Source: a virus. From it: a DNA stretch of 64,000 nucleotides. A program made the translations under genes and the position numbers. The stretch spans positions 32,001-96,000 of IMG/VR virus record IMGVR_UViG_3300012209_000005. One strand, given 5' to 3'. How positions within the stretch are numbered: the first letter of the stretch is position 1; each line of letters starts with the position of its first letter. Positions 8,664 to 20,300 of this stretch are shown one piece after another. The notes under the pieces were generated by a model that was not told the origin of the DNA, did not search any database, and was given only the letters and a program-made list of their open reading frames with translations.

Positions 8664-8975
8664 TTACCTCGGGCCGATGATCGCCCGCATCGATGTAGCG
8701 TAGATGTACGCGCTGCCCGGCTGCGGGTACGTCCCGGGGGGCAGCCCGGTCAGGTAAATCTGCGCCAGGGCATTCGCGTCGGCGAGAGCCGAGCGGATCA
8801 TCGGCAGGTCGCCGGCGGTGAAGCCGATAGCCTCCATGTCGGCATCGGTCTGCGCGGACACCCACTTGTACATATCCACGATCTCCGTGAAAGTGTCGCG
8901 CATATTCACCAGGAACTGGGTGGTACGGTTGACGACAGTACCGACATTGGCGTCGCCGGCGGTGAAAATGGTCAC
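8664..8975 (-). CDS. hypothetical tail-associated protein
   Basis: Packed directly after the fiber gene. Confidence 0.65.
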   Translation of the reverse strand: MTIFTAGDANVGTVVNRTTQFLVNMRDTFTEIVDMYKWVSAQTDADMEAIGFTAGDLPMIRSALADANALAQIYLTGLPPGTYPQPGSAYIYATSMRAIIGPR

Positions 8976-8978
8976 ACG

Positions 8979-11351
8979 TTAAGGTCCTCTCCTGGTGAAC
9001 AGGCTGCTCTGCCCGGTAAGGGTCTGCCCGGCCGGGCTGGTGCTCCACCTCGCGGCGACGGATACCGTGTTCGCGATAGTCGTGTTAATCGCCTTGCTCA
9101 GCGTCATCCCGTCGGTGTTCCACGAGGTGGTGGCGAGGCGGTTCTGCGAGGAGTCATTCATCGTCCCCTCCGCCCAGCCGTTGAAACTCCCCCCCGAGCC
9201 TGTCCCCGTGCACAGGATATGAATATTCACGTGCCCGACGACATTGTTCCCGACCGCGACATTCTGGATAGGGACCAGGTTCTGGAATGTCCCGTTCAGG
9301 ATGTAGCCGATGTTAAGGATGGAGCCGTTTTCGAAAGTGCCCGTATAGGGAACCTCGATCTTGTACTCGGTCCCGTTCTGGGCGTCATTCGCGTTGATCA
9401 CCCAGCCTTTCGTGATGCTCGTCGCCACCGTCGAGTTGCCCAGGGTGTTCGTGCCCGTGTCCGTCTGGGAGCTGTTGATCGCCCCGGTCAGCCCGCTGGT
9501 GTTGACGACATTCAGCGTGGCGTTAGTATCCGCGGCGATGATCCCGCCGATCGATGACGGCCCCGGCAGCGAGCCCTGGGTGATGAACGTGTGCTGGACG
9601 GTCGTCGACCCCGGGTTGTAGGCGTTCCCGTAGACGTCGGTGCCGCCGCCCGGGGCGAAAGCCCCCACCAGGGTGTTCCCCGCGTTATAGGAGACGGTCA
9701 CCTTGCCGTCCGCGCCGTTGCCCGCAAGCTCCGTGGTGCTGCCCGCGGGGGTGTAATTCACCGTCAGGTACGGGGTGTTGCTGTTGTTGCTGGAGCTGTA
9801 CCCGTAGAAAACCCCGTAGGCGGCCAGGTTGCCCGGGGTGGTGAAACTCCCCGCCGGCCCGATGACGATCGCGGTGAAGTCGCTGGTGAGATGCGCGGGC
9901 AGCCAGCTGGTGAGGTTGTAGGTGGTGGAGCTGTTCTGGGCGACGTGGAACGTGGACTGCGCCTCGTGCGTCCCCGCGCCCGGGATGAACGTCGTGCCGA
10001 AAGTCCCGGTGAACGTCGTGTACCCGATGGCCACGGTCATCCCGCTGCTCTGCCCGGTGCCCAGGTTGTCCAGGTGCAGGTAGATGCTGTTGATGGTGGC
10101 GCCCGCCAGGTCCGAGCGCATCTGGCGGTAGTTGTACAGCAGGAACCCGTACTGGTCGCCGGTGGCGCCCTGCCCGTTGGACCCCTGGTAGACGGAGCTT
10201 TCCACGCTGCGGAAGTAGTTGGGGGGGTTATGCTGGGACCCGAAGTAGCTGACCGACCCGGTGGGGTAGTACTTCTTCGTCTGGGACCCCAGCCCGGCCC
10301 CGGCCCCCGCGCCGCCGCCGGCGCCCCCCGGAGCAGACCCGTTCACGCCGTTGGCGGCGTTATTCCCCCCGGCCCCGCCCGCGCCGCCGTCCGTCGGGGC
10401 GCCCCCGCCTGCGGCCCCGGTGCTGCTGTTGGACACGCTGCCCGCGTTGCCCCCGGCGGCGCTGCCCCCCGACGAGCCGCCGCCGTTGCCCCCGAGGAAG
10501 CCGTTGGAGGTACCCCCGGTGCCCCCGGGCTCCTCGGTGGTGTCGCTGGAGCCGACGCCCCCCGTCCCGCCGGCGAAGTTCAGCCCCGCCTGCCCCGGGT
10601 TGGCGTACACCAGGTTGGTGCCCCCGGCGTCGGTGAACAGGGAGGCGCCGCCACTGGACCCGGGCGTGTTCGTCGCCCCCCCGGAGCCGCCGCCGCCGAC
10701 GATCACCTGGTACACCTGCCCGGGGACGACGGCAAGCGTGGGCTCCGCCGCGTACTCCCCGCCGCCACCGCCCTCGCCGCCCTGGGTCGCGCTGCCCCCG
10801 CCGCCGCCGGCGCCGCCGCCGATGCATACCACGTTCGCCTGGGTGATATTCGTCGGGCACGTCCAGGAGTACGTGCCGGCGGTGGAGTAGGTGGCCACCG
10901 ACGACCCGTTCGTGTACGACAGGACCGCGCCGCCGGAGCTGTTGAGCACGTGAAGGACGGAGGTGGTGGTGCCGCCGCTGATCGACGGGGATGTCAGCTG
11001 CCCGCTGGCGATCAGCGAGCCCAGCAGGGTGGACGTGGAATCCAGCGACACCCCGGTCTGGGTGACCCCGCTGAGCTGCCCGGAGTTGATCACCACCCCC
11101 GCCGGGTAGGTGTTCCCGAACTGGTCGGTGCCCGGGGCCGCCGCGATCGACAGGCTCAGGCTGTCCGTCGCGGGGATGCCCTCGTAGACGAACACGCCGC
11201 TGTCGGCGATCGAGGACACGTTGAGCACCGTGGTGTTCAGCGTCATCTGCGACGCCCCCAGGGCGCTCCCCGGGATGATGGAGGCGGCGGAGCCGGTGGA
11301 GGCGACAGCGGTGGCCGCGGAGTAGGGGTCCGGCGGGATGGGAGTGGTCAC
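8979..11351 (-). CDS. glycine-rich minor tail/fiber protein
   Basis: GGGAGGGGG domain; repeated GTDxxGNxYxxG motif typical of actinophage minor tails. Confidence 0.8.
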   Translation of the reverse strand: MTTPIPPDPYSAATAVASTGSAASIIPGSALGASQMTLNTTVLNVSSIADSGVFVYEGIPATDSLSLSIAAAPGTDQFGNTYPAGVVINSGQLSGVTQTGVSLDSTSTLLGSLIASGQLTSPSISGGTTTSVLHVLNSSGGAVLSYTNGSSVATYSTAGTYSWTCPTNITQANVVCIGGGAGGGGGSATQGGEGGGGGEYAAEPTLAVVPGQVYQVIVGGGGSGGATNTPGSSGGASLFTDAGGTNLVYANPGQAGLNFAGGTGGVGSSDTTEEPGGTGGTSNGFLGGNGGGSSGGSAAGGNAGSVSNSSTGAAGGGAPTDGGAGGAGGNNAANGVNGSAPGGAGGGAGAGAGLGSQTKKYYPTGSVSYFGSQHNPPNYFRSVESSVYQGSNGQGATGDQYGFLLYNYRQMRSDLAGATINSIYLHLDNLGTGQSSGMTVAIGYTTFTGTFGTTFIPGAGTHEAQSTFHVAQNSSTTYNLTSWLPAHLTSDFTAIVIGPAGSFTTPGNLAAYGVFYGYSSSNNSNTPYLTVNYTPAGSTTELAGNGADGKVTVSYNAGNTLVGAFAPGGGTDVYGNAYNPGSTTVQHTFITQGSLPGPSSIGGIIAADTNATLNVVNTSGLTGAINSSQTDTGTNTLGNSTVATSITKGWVINANDAQNGTEYKIEVPYTGTFENGSILNIGYILNGTFQNLVPIQNVAVGNNVVGHVNIHILCTGTGSGGSFNGWAEGTMNDSSQNRLATTSWNTDGMTLSKAINTTIANTVSVAARWSTSPAGQTLTGQSSLFTRRGP

Positions 11352-11357
11352 ACGCTC

Positions 11358-13196
11358 CTAGTTGCACAGCCAGAGCACGGCGAACGAGCTGTTGAAGTTG
11401 CTCACCGAGGTGGCGAACGTCCCCGACGCGTTCAGCCACTGGACCTGGGGGGTGATCGTCTCCCCGGCGTTCAGGTAGTAGCATCCGAGCGCGGTCGCCG
11501 CCGAAGGCCCCCCGGTGGTGACCGGGACCAGCTGCTGGTACCAGTCAGGCGGCCCCTGGCTGCCCGAGGGGGCGGTGAGCCCCCCGGAGACGGGCACGCT
11601 CAGCGCGGCTGCGAGAGTCCCGGCGGTGGAGGCGTTGGGGACCATCGAGAACTCCCCGATAGCCATGTACCACCCGGGAACCGGGGCCTTGTAGCGGTGG
11701 TTGGCGGCATCCCAGCCGCCGTAGTTGTCCCCCACCGAGGCGTGGACGGGCCCGCTGACCGTATCCATGAAGATCGTCTGCCAGGTGGTGTTCGCCAGCG
11801 AGGTCTGCGCGGTCGCCTGCCGGGACAGCAAGTAGGGCTTGTTCAGCAGGAAGTTCAGGTCATTGGCGAACTTGGCGTTGAACGTGGGCACCAGCTGCCC
11901 CGGGCCCGTCCCCGGGGCCATGCCCGCCTGCAGCAGGTACCCGGTGACGTCCGGGGGGGTCCAGGCCAGGTTCGACGCCGTGCTTATCGCGTTGAACCAG
12001 ACCATGATCAGCCGCGAGTAGTACACGTTCGACAAGCTGGCGCCCGCGGCCTGGGTGTTGAGGGCGAACGCCGAGACGGTATCGCCCGCGTTCAGGTCGA
12101 GCATCCGGGTGATCCCCACCGCCGTCTGCATCTTGCCGTTGGTCATCGCCGGGGGGTAGTTGGGCCCGAAGTAGTTGACCCCGTTGACGGTGATCCCCGC
12201 CTGGTACTGCCCGGAGGTCGAGGTGATCCCGAAGATGATGTTGGCGTGGACGAAGTAAACCCCGGGCAGGGGCACCGTGTACTGGTGGTTGGCGGTGCTC
12301 CACCCGTGGTAGGTGTCGATCAGCTGCCCGGCCCCCAGCTGGGCTTTCGTCACCGCGCCGGTGGGGATCGTCTGGGAGATCGCGGAGCTGACGTTGAGCA
12401 CCGGGGGGTAGTTGAGCAGCGCCAGCGTCTGGTTGACCGTGTTATTCAGCAGCGTGTGCGTGATCGGGGTGCTGGAGGTGAAGACGGTCGCCGGGGAGGG
12501 GATCGTCGCCACCGTCTGCCCGTTGTTCTGGTCGCAGGCGCACCAGATCTGGGTGAAACGCGGGGTCTGCCCCACCGAGTTGGGCGCCGTGTTAGACACG
12601 ACGGTGAAAGCGGTCGAATTCGGGTCCGCGACCAGGGCGCTGGGGGAGAACGGCCCGGTGACGCCCGTCACCGGGAACAGGTCGATCGCGTACGCGCAGC
12701 TGTGGTGGCCGGTGTTCCCCGCCTGGATGATCCCGCAGTTCTGCTTGATCGTCGTGGTCGTCCCGGCGAACTGCGCCCAGCCCGCGCCCAGCGCGCACGG
12801 GGTCCCGGTGAACGTGTCGTGGGTCATCGTGTGGAACATCAGCGTCCAGCCGCCGCGCCGCCCGGGGAGCCCCGAGGACCCGGGGGCGGTCACCCCCAGG
12901 GTGCGGTAGGTCGCCTGGGTCCCCGGGGTGTCCGCGCCCACCCCGAAAAGGGCCGAGGTGTCCACGATGGAAATCCCGTTGCCGAGCGCCCCGCCGTAGG
13001 TGAGCCACGTCCCGGTGGGGCTGGACTTCGGCAGGATGTTATGGGACACGAATGCCTCGTGCGCCACCGGGCGGTTCGAGTGGAAGAAGGTCCCCTGCGC
13101 GGCGAAATAGGAGCCGTCATAGGAGAACATGTCCTGGTTCAGCTGGCCCGCGGTTACCGGGATGTTCCCCTGGTACAGGGAAGGGGTTACGGGCAT
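11358..13196 (-). CDS. minor tail protein with two C1q/TNF-like modules
   Basis: Two YTVPLPGVY/YKAPVPGWY...LNAGDT/LNAGET modules. Confidence 0.75.
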   Translation of the reverse strand: MPVTPSLYQGNIPVTAGQLNQDMFSYDGSYFAAQGTFFHSNRPVAHEAFVSHNILPKSSPTGTWLTYGGALGNGISIVDTSALFGVGADTPGTQATYRTLGVTAPGSSGLPGRRGGWTLMFHTMTHDTFTGTPCALGAGWAQFAGTTTTIKQNCGIIQAGNTGHHSCAYAIDLFPVTGVTGPFSPSALVADPNSTAFTVVSNTAPNSVGQTPRFTQIWCACDQNNGQTVATIPSPATVFTSSTPITHTLLNNTVNQTLALLNYPPVLNVSSAISQTIPTGAVTKAQLGAGQLIDTYHGWSTANHQYTVPLPGVYFVHANIIFGITSTSGQYQAGITVNGVNYFGPNYPPAMTNGKMQTAVGITRMLDLNAGDTVSAFALNTQAAGASLSNVYYSRLIMVWFNAISTASNLAWTPPDVTGYLLQAGMAPGTGPGQLVPTFNAKFANDLNFLLNKPYLLSRQATAQTSLANTTWQTIFMDTVSGPVHASVGDNYGGWDAANHRYKAPVPGWYMAIGEFSMVPNASTAGTLAAALSVPVSGGLTAPSGSQGPPDWYQQLVPVTTGGPSAATALGCYYLNAGETITPQVQWLNASGTFATSVSNFNSSFAVLWLCN

Positions 13197-13206
13197 GTCA
13201 GGTCCT

Positions 13207-16200
13207 TTACCACGCCAGGTACGAGTTCCCGAGCGTGTTATTGGCAGCGGAATCGGCGACGAGGACGGAGCTGTCCGGGAACCGCGGGGTGATCTGGTAG
13301 GTGACATCCCACTGGTTGGGGCCGATCGCGTGCTGGATCCGCTGGACCGGGCCCGTCACCGACAGGACCGCCCCCCCCAGCGGCCGGCGGTTCACCGTGA
13401 TCACGTCCTGGAGGTCCAGGTGGAGCAGCTGGGCGAAGGAGGTGGTGACCGCCGACTGGGTTTTCGCCGGGGACACGGTGATCTGGGCGACCCGCTGCAC
13501 CGGGTTGTTGAATTTCGCGGAATTCCAGTTGACCGCCCCGTAAGTGTCATACGGGTTCATCGCGTACGACTGGATGGACAGCCCGGAGCGGTTGAAGAAG
13601 TTCAGCTGGGAGGCGAAGTTCGTCTGCTGGTAGTAGATCGTGGTGTTCGGCCCCCGGTTCTGGGTGGCGTCGATCTGGTTGTAGATGAACGTGTTGTCCA
13701 GGCTGAACGCGGTGTCCTGGCTGAAAGGGATCTCCGTCGTGCCGTTGTCGCCGAGGACGGTGTGCACCGGGGCGTTATACAGGGCCCAGCGGGGGATGTA
13801 AATGATCGACCCGTTGGCGGTCGTGTAACAGCGCCCGCCCTCCGTCTGGGTGAGCTGGGTGAGGATATCCCCGCCGGTGCTGCCCGCGTAGGAGAAGGCC
13901 TCGGACATGGCGGTGTTCTCGCTGGTGCCGTGATTGCTGATCCATATCTGCCCGCCGCGCTTCAGCCCGAGCAGGCCCCAGGTGAGCACCTGCGCGAACC
14001 TTTCCGGGGCGGTCACCCCGATGAACCCGTTCGCCCCGGAGACGTAGTGGTTCTGCACCATCGTCGGGGTGAGTTCCTGCTTGTAGATCGCCAGGTGCCC
14101 GGCGACGAAGTTGTACCCCTGGTAGCTGACGATCGTGCTGTTGTCGTAGCTGTACCGCCCCGAGCCGAGGATCACCGCTTTCACCTGGCCGAACGCGGGG
14201 ATAGCCGGGGTCCCCCCGGTGGTCCTCACCCCGTTCAGGTAGATGTTCACCCCCGACGGGGACACGTTGATCACCAGGTGCTGGGGGTTCGGGTTCGTCC
14301 CGTTGAACGACGGGACCGTGTTACTGTTCGCGATATTCGTCCCGTTGACGTAAAGTCCCGCCAGTGCCCCGGTATTCACCGACACGGTGATCACCGCGCC
14401 GTACTTGTCGCTCGGGCTGTAGTAGGCACTCGGGCCCGCGTACGCGGTGAACAGGGTGCACGCGAAGTTGGACGCCTGCCACCCGGTCAGGAACCAGAAC
14501 TCGTAGCAGACCCCGGCGTTCGCCCCGTTCACCGGGATATTCGGGTCCGAGTAGAACATCGCCGGCCCGCCGATCGCGGGGATCTGCCCGGGGTAGTCGG
14601 CGGTGCCGAAGGCGCTGCCCGAGTCCCCCATCAGGTTGAGCGCCTGCCCGGTGGTCGCGGGCAGGCCGTCGCCGCCGTCCCGGTACGCACCGCTGCGGCT
14701 ATTCCCGAAAGCCCTGTTGATGGCCATCAGGCCGTTAGCGTCGATGGGGATTTTCGTGCCGCCGAACAGGAAGAACCCGCCGACCGTGATATTCGTCAGG
14801 GAGTTGGTGGTGAAGCTGTACTGCTCGTCGGTGGGGAAGTAGGCGTACGGGTAGTCCTTGCGGATATCGCCTTCGACGGCGCTGGGCATGGTGGTGGACG
14901 CCAGCGGGCCGTAGGCGTCGGTGGCGGTGATCTCGGTGAACCCGTACTGCGGCAAGTCCGGCCAGTCCTGCGGCCAGCGTTCCACGTACCCGAAGCCCAC
15001 CGGGTACTGGGTGGGGTTGCCCGCGGTCTGCGTCCACCACGCGGTCACCCGGACGGGCACCCCCGGCGCGATATTCGGGTAGTAGGGCGACGCCGTGTTG
15101 CCGAAGGTGAACGCGCCGTCATGGTTGTCCAGGGAGATGGTCATCTCCCCGGTTTCCTCCTGGGTCAGCTCGTACTGCCGGCCCCGGGAGATGTCGATGA
15201 CCGGGGACCCCTCCTTGCCGATGCACCGGGCGGTGATATCGGTCCACACCGGGCCCTCGACCGTCCAGGTGTAGTCCACCGATTGCGTCCAGTCGCCCGG
15301 GTCGGCCCCGAAAGCCGCTTCCACGACTATCCGGGGGAAAGCCGGGTTCGGCTGGGCGGGGGCGGTCGCGGTCGCTTTCAGGCCGACGATGATCGCGGCG
15401 GCGGGCGCTGCGGTCGTCCAGCTGGGGCCGAAGCTGACCGTGCCCGCGGACTGGCTGTTGATGAAGTAGGCGTTGACGGTGGCGTCGTAAGCGGAGGCGC
15501 CCCCCGCCGTGCCGATGTTCGTCCACCCGGCGGGGGCACTCGGGCCGGTGGTGTTCGTCCCGGTGCACAAGACGGCGAAGCACTGGTCGGTGACGGTGGC
15601 GGTACCCGGGGGGACGGTCAGCGTGCTGACCGCGGAATTCGTGTTCGCGGTCTGCGCGAAGTCGACGGAAACCATCTGCATCGCGGTCGGGGTGTCCACT
15701 TCCGCGATCACGTAACTCGTCGAGTACGCCCACCCGGTGACCGCGACGGAAATCCAGCTGACCTGCCGGGCGTTCAGCGCGATCCAGATGGCGGCGCGAG
15801 CTCCGGACTGCTGGGCGGTGATCCCCACCTGCCGCCACAGGTTGCCCTCGCTGTCCGTCACATTGACGGCGGGGGCCTTCCCGGTGGACTGGTAGCCGAA
15901 GAAGGCGACGTCCCACCCGATGAACGCGACCAGGGCGTTGCCCGGGGTTGCCGAAGCGGGGTTATTCGGGTTGATCATCGTGAACGGGATGTTGTCCAGC
16001 CCGTAGTCGTTGATCACCCCGGCGGTGACCACCTGGGCGATGCCCGTCGGCCCGGCGGGGGCGCCGCTGGCGGAGGAGGAGAAGGTGATGCCCCTGGACA
16101 CCGCGCCGATGCCCGCGGCACCGAGCACCGAGGAGGAGAAGGCGATCCCCCCGGAGACCGCGCCCGTGGTCGTCGCCGGGACGATTTCCAGCGCCGCCCA

Positions 16201-16827
16201 GGCGTACGGGTTGCCCGGGGATCCCGTCCAGCCCAGGGTGGTCGCGCCCGGGGTCCCGGTCGCGGCGGTCGCCTTCCCCAGCAGGTTGACCTCGCCGACG
16301 TCGCCGTTCGCGACGTCGGTGATCGTGGTGGTGGCGCCGTTCGGCGAGATCGAGGGCGTGTTCGCGACGGTGGCAGCCAGCAGCACCCACGAGCCGGTGA
16401 CCGTGGTGGTGATGCTCCCCGTCCAGCTGGTCGGGGTGCCGGTGGACGAGGCGGTGTTCGACGCCCCCACCGTGGCCGATGCCCCGTCGAGCACGTACGG
16501 GAAAATCGACCACAGGGCCTGCGCGCTGTTGCCCCTGGTCGCGGTGAGAGTCACCGACCCGGGGGCGCTGCTGTAGTAGAAGGTGAACAGGACCGCGTAG
16601 TCGTACAGGGTGTCGAAGACGTGCGGGCCCCGGGTGTAATTGTTCCCGTTCGAGTCCTGCACGGTCATATTCGGGTCGGACGAGGTGGGCCCGTAGCCGA
16701 GCGAGGCCATGACGACGACCATGGAGGACGCGGGCGGGGAGAACGAGCCTGTTACCAGCGTGGTCGAGGTGCTGGGCGACGCCGTGGTCGCGGCAGCCGG
16801 CGTGGAGGCGTCGAGGCTGATGGCCAT
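13207..16827 (-). CDS. large minor tail (tail tip/hub) protein
   Basis: WTDIT..ISRGRQYEL..G.MTI.LDN.DG.F motif; follows the tape measure. Confidence 0.8.
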   Translation of the reverse strand: MAISLDASTPAAATTASPSTSTTLVTGSFSPPASSMVVVMASLGYGPTSSDPNMTVQDSNGNNYTRGPHVFDTLYDYAVLFTFYYSSAPGSVTLTATRGNSAQALWSIFPYVLDGASATVGASNTASSTGTPTSWTGSITTTVTGSWVLLAATVANTPSISPNGATTTITDVANGDVGEVNLLGKATAATGTPGATTLGWTGSPGNPYAWAALEIVPATTTGAVSGGIAFSSSVLGAAGIGAVSRGITFSSSASGAPAGPTGIAQVVTAGVINDYGLDNIPFTMINPNNPASATPGNALVAFIGWDVAFFGYQSTGKAPAVNVTDSEGNLWRQVGITAQQSGARAAIWIALNARQVSWISVAVTGWAYSTSYVIAEVDTPTAMQMVSVDFAQTANTNSAVSTLTVPPGTATVTDQCFAVLCTGTNTTGPSAPAGWTNIGTAGGASAYDATVNAYFINSQSAGTVSFGPSWTTAAPAAAIIVGLKATATAPAQPNPAFPRIVVEAAFGADPGDWTQSVDYTWTVEGPVWTDITARCIGKEGSPVIDISRGRQYELTQEETGEMTISLDNHDGAFTFGNTASPYYPNIAPGVPVRVTAWWTQTAGNPTQYPVGFGYVERWPQDWPDLPQYGFTEITATDAYGPLASTTMPSAVEGDIRKDYPYAYFPTDEQYSFTTNSLTNITVGGFFLFGGTKIPIDANGLMAINRAFGNSRSGAYRDGGDGLPATTGQALNLMGDSGSAFGTADYPGQIPAIGGPAMFYSDPNIPVNGANAGVCYEFWFLTGWQASNFACTLFTAYAGPSAYYSPSDKYGAVITVSVNTGALAGLYVNGTNIANSNTVPSFNGTNPNPQHLVINVSPSGVNIYLNGVRTTGGTPAIPAFGQVKAVILGSGRYSYDNSTIVSYQGYNFVAGHLAIYKQELTPTMVQNHYVSGANGFIGVTAPERFAQVLTWGLLGLKRGGQIWISNHGTSENTAMSEAFSYAGSTGGDILTQLTQTEGGRCYTTANGSIIYIPRWALYNAPVHTVLGDNGTTEIPFSQDTAFSLDNTFIYNQIDATQNRGPNTTIYYQQTNFASQLNFFNRSGLSIQSYAMNPYDTYGAVNWNSAKFNNPVQRVAQITVSPAKTQSAVTTSFAQLLHLDLQDVITVNRRPLGGAVLSVTGPVQRIQHAIGPNQWDVTYQITPRFPDSSVLVADSAANNTLGNSYLAW

Positions 16828-16831
16828 GGCG

Positions 16832-17200
16832 TCAGCTCGCGGTGAGGGTGACCGTGATCAGGTACGTGCCGGCGCTGGAGTACAGGACGTTGGTGGGAAG
16901 CTGGCCTCCGTCAACGTAAAGACCGCCCGAGGAGAGGGTCCACAGCCCCCAGCTGGTGATCGTGGTGCCCGCGGGCACGTTAATCGTCACCTGACTCCCG
17001 GTGACCGAGCCGGCGGCAATCGCGCCCCAGGTGGTCGATACGCGGACGTAGGAGCCGCCCACGACCTCGTTCGCGCCGGTTGCCCCCGGGTTCCCGGTGT
17101 GCAGGCTGATGAAGTGAGCGTTCACCTCGTTGGTGCCACTGCCAGTGATCATCAGCAGGGCATTGTTCAGCTCGTTGACAACACTGGAGTTAGCGGACAT
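16832..17200 (-). CDS. small virion structural protein
   Basis: LHTGNPGATGANEVVGGSYVR motif. Confidence 0.7.
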   Translation of the reverse strand: MSANSSVVNELNNALLMITGSGTNEVNAHFISLHTGNPGATGANEVVGGSYVRVSTTWGAIAAGSVTGSQVTINVPAGTTITSWGLWTLSSGGLYVDGGQLPTNVLYSSAGTYLITVTLTAS

Positions 17201-17309
17201 GGATAATCACGCCTTTCAGCTATCGATCCACGCTTTAAGAAATGTACCACCCGCACAATTCACGGTTGTGAATGTAGTCTGAGTGAAAGCCATTATTTTC
17301 CCCTAGTGA

Positions 17310-20300
17310 TCACTTGTTCGTGTTCGACCAGCCGCCGGTGACCTGGCCCCGGTTGCGCATGTTGTAGGTCAGGACCCTCTGCTGCATGTTCTGCCAGATT
17401 TTCTGCCCGTCAAGCTCGACCACCAGGGCTCCCGGGGACAGGACGAGGGTCCCGCCTTCCCCCGTCCCCCCGGGCGGGCTGACCCTTTCCGGGCGCCCGG
17501 TGGTGTTGAGGGCGAGGCTCAGCCCCGGGGGCAGGAAACCGCCGTTGTCATACCAGTTGTGCGCGACCTCGTGCGCCCACGCGGCAGCCGGGGACCCGTA
17601 CCCCGGGCGCTGCTTGATGTAATTCAGCCCCCAGATAATCTGGCTCTTGTAGTCGCCCAGATTGTACGGATGCCCGTGACCGAGGCTCTGGGGGATGCCA
17701 TAGGCGCCAGAACTCGGGTTGACGGCCCAGGCATTCCAGCCGCTCTCCTGGTTCCAGAGCCTGATCAGCGGGGCCATCTGGTCCGGTCCCCAGTGATACA
17801 GGGGCAGCAGCGACCTGGCGTATGCCTGCGCGACCGCCGCCGAATGGGTGCGTGCCCCCGAATCCCCCATTCCCCCCTTGCCGCTCCCGACGAGAGCCGC
17901 CTGCGCTGCCGCTATGGCCTTTTGCATCGCGGCATTCATCCGGGATTCGATGACCGCCGCCATCTGGTTGGCGTTCGCGTTGATATTATGGTCCCCCCAC
18001 GGGCCCAGCCCGGGGATGGCCCCGGAGTAATTCGGGATGACCCCCCCGGCGGCGAAACCCGGCACCTTGTGGGCGGCGAGGAAAGGCTCGATGGCTTTCA
18101 CCAGGTGCTTGGGGACGACCGCCTCCCCGGGCTCCAGCAGCGCGTGGAAGATGTCGCCGCCGCCGTACCCCCCGGGGACTTTCATCCCGTGCTGGAACCC
18201 CCCGGGGGCCGCCCCGATGTTCTGGGGTCCGTGGGCGGCGCCCGTCCGCGAGGTGGGCCCGGACACCGACCACTTGCCCAGCCCGGTCTCGTGGATGACC
18301 ACATTCGTCCTCGGGGGGAGCCGGTGCAGGGCATTCCACAAGTCATCCGCGTGCTGCTTGGAGACATGGAGCTGGGCAGCCAGTTCCTCAAACTTTTTCT
18401 TGGACAGGTCGGTGTGGCTGCGCAGGATGTTGAAGGTGTTGATGCCCTTGCCCGCGAAGTCGTTCCACAGCTGGTCGGCCTTGGACTTGTTGATCCCCAG
18501 CTGGGCGGAGAACCTCTCGAAGGCGCCCCGGGTCTTGACGGTCTGGCCTTCCAGGGTGTTCGACGCCGCCTGGTTCCTCCCGTAGGTGTTGCTGAGGATC
18601 TGCTCGATCTGGTTAACGTCGGACGCCTTGAACTTGTACTGTTCCAGCGCCTTCGTCAGCGCGTCCTGCGCAGCCTTCGTCGCCGGGGACTGCGTGCCGT
18701 TTTGCAACAGCGCCGCCGTGTACGCCTGGGTGAGCGTGGTGATCTTCTTGGTGTCCGCGCCGGCCGCCGCCATCGCGTCGAGCACGTCGCTTTGCAGGGT
18801 GCCCGCGAAATTCGCCGCCACCTTGGAGACGTTGGTGATCTTCGCGGTCAGGTCGGTAAGCAGCCCGGCGAACTTGCCGGAGGACACCGCGTTCTTATCC
18901 GTCCACTCTTTCAGGGCCTGGTAGTTCTGGGTGAGGCTTTTCGTGCTGTCGTACGCGGGCCCGGATGCCTCCTGGCTGATCATCATCAGCTCAGCCAGCG
19001 CCGCCTTGGACTTGGAGGCGTAAGGCTCCAGCTGCTGGACGACGGAGGCTATCCCCTGCCCGTACTGCTTCTGGGTGACCACCCCGGCGGCGGCGGCGAC
19101 CCGCAGGGCATCGGTGAAGCTGTTCGCCTGGGTGATCGACTGGTTGTAGGACTGCCACACCTGCGCCGAGGACCCGGAGAAGGAGGTGAGTTCCTTGGCG
19201 ATGTCCTTCACCGACGACCCGACCTGCCCGGAGAAAGCCCGGATCTTCCCGCCGACCGCCGGGGCCAGGTTGCCCATCTGCTGCAGGTCCAGGTTCAGCT
19301 GGGTGAACGTCCCGGTCAGCGAGGTGCCCATCGCGATGAACTGGTCCCACGCCTGATTCGTCTGCTGGACCTTCGTCGTCTGCAACCCGGCCTGGATGTT
19401 CACCGCGGCCATCGTGTTGGCGAGAATCCCCCCGGTCTGGTCCATCTTCTGGTAGCCGAGGACCAGGCTCGCGACCTGGATGGCGGCCTGGGCGTTCAGC
19501 TGGCCGTTCTTCCCCATCGAGGTGGAAAGCTTGATCCCGGCCATGTCCGCGAGCCCCAGGGCGGTCACGAAGTCCACCTTGTAAGCCTTGGAAATATCGG
19601 TCGCGCCCTGGATGACATTCTTGGAAGTGTCGAAAAGCTTCTTCTGCTCGGCGGTCAGCTCCATGATGTTCTGGGCCGACCCGGAGATCGCCCCGCTGCT
19701 CAGCGCCAGGTAACCCGCGCCCGCCTTCACCAGGGCGTTAAACGAGGCCCACTGCTGGTTCTGCTGCTGGACGACCTGCGCGTTCTTCTGCGCGATGACA
19801 TTCAGCGCACTCATGTTCGACGCGGCGCCGACCGCCTTGTTGATGCCGTCGATGAACTCCTGGGTGGCCGTCTTCTCCCGACCCAGCCAGAAGCCCAGCC
19901 CGGCGAGCGCGAGGGCCCCGACGGCGAGCGCCGCCCCCCACGGCCCGAGCAGGAACTTGCTGACGGCCCCCAGCTTCCCCACCACCCCGGAGGCCGCCAT
20001 CCCTATCCCGTCGGCGGCCTTCGTGAAGCCCATCCCGGAGGCCATCTTCGCGGCGACCCCGCCCAGGTTGGCGATCATCCCGGCGAGCCCGCTGACGACG
20101 TTCGCGACCATCGCCGCCACGTTCGCCCCGATCTTCGCGAAAACCGGGATGCCCAGCGTGCCGAGCAGGGCGATCGCCCGTCCCAGCAGCCCGAAGCCCC
20201 CGACGAGGATGCCGCTCCAGCGGTACATCTCCTCGAAGATGAAAACGGCGTAGAGCAGCGGCGCGGGCAGCTGGGAGATCCACTTGATGACCTCGCTGAT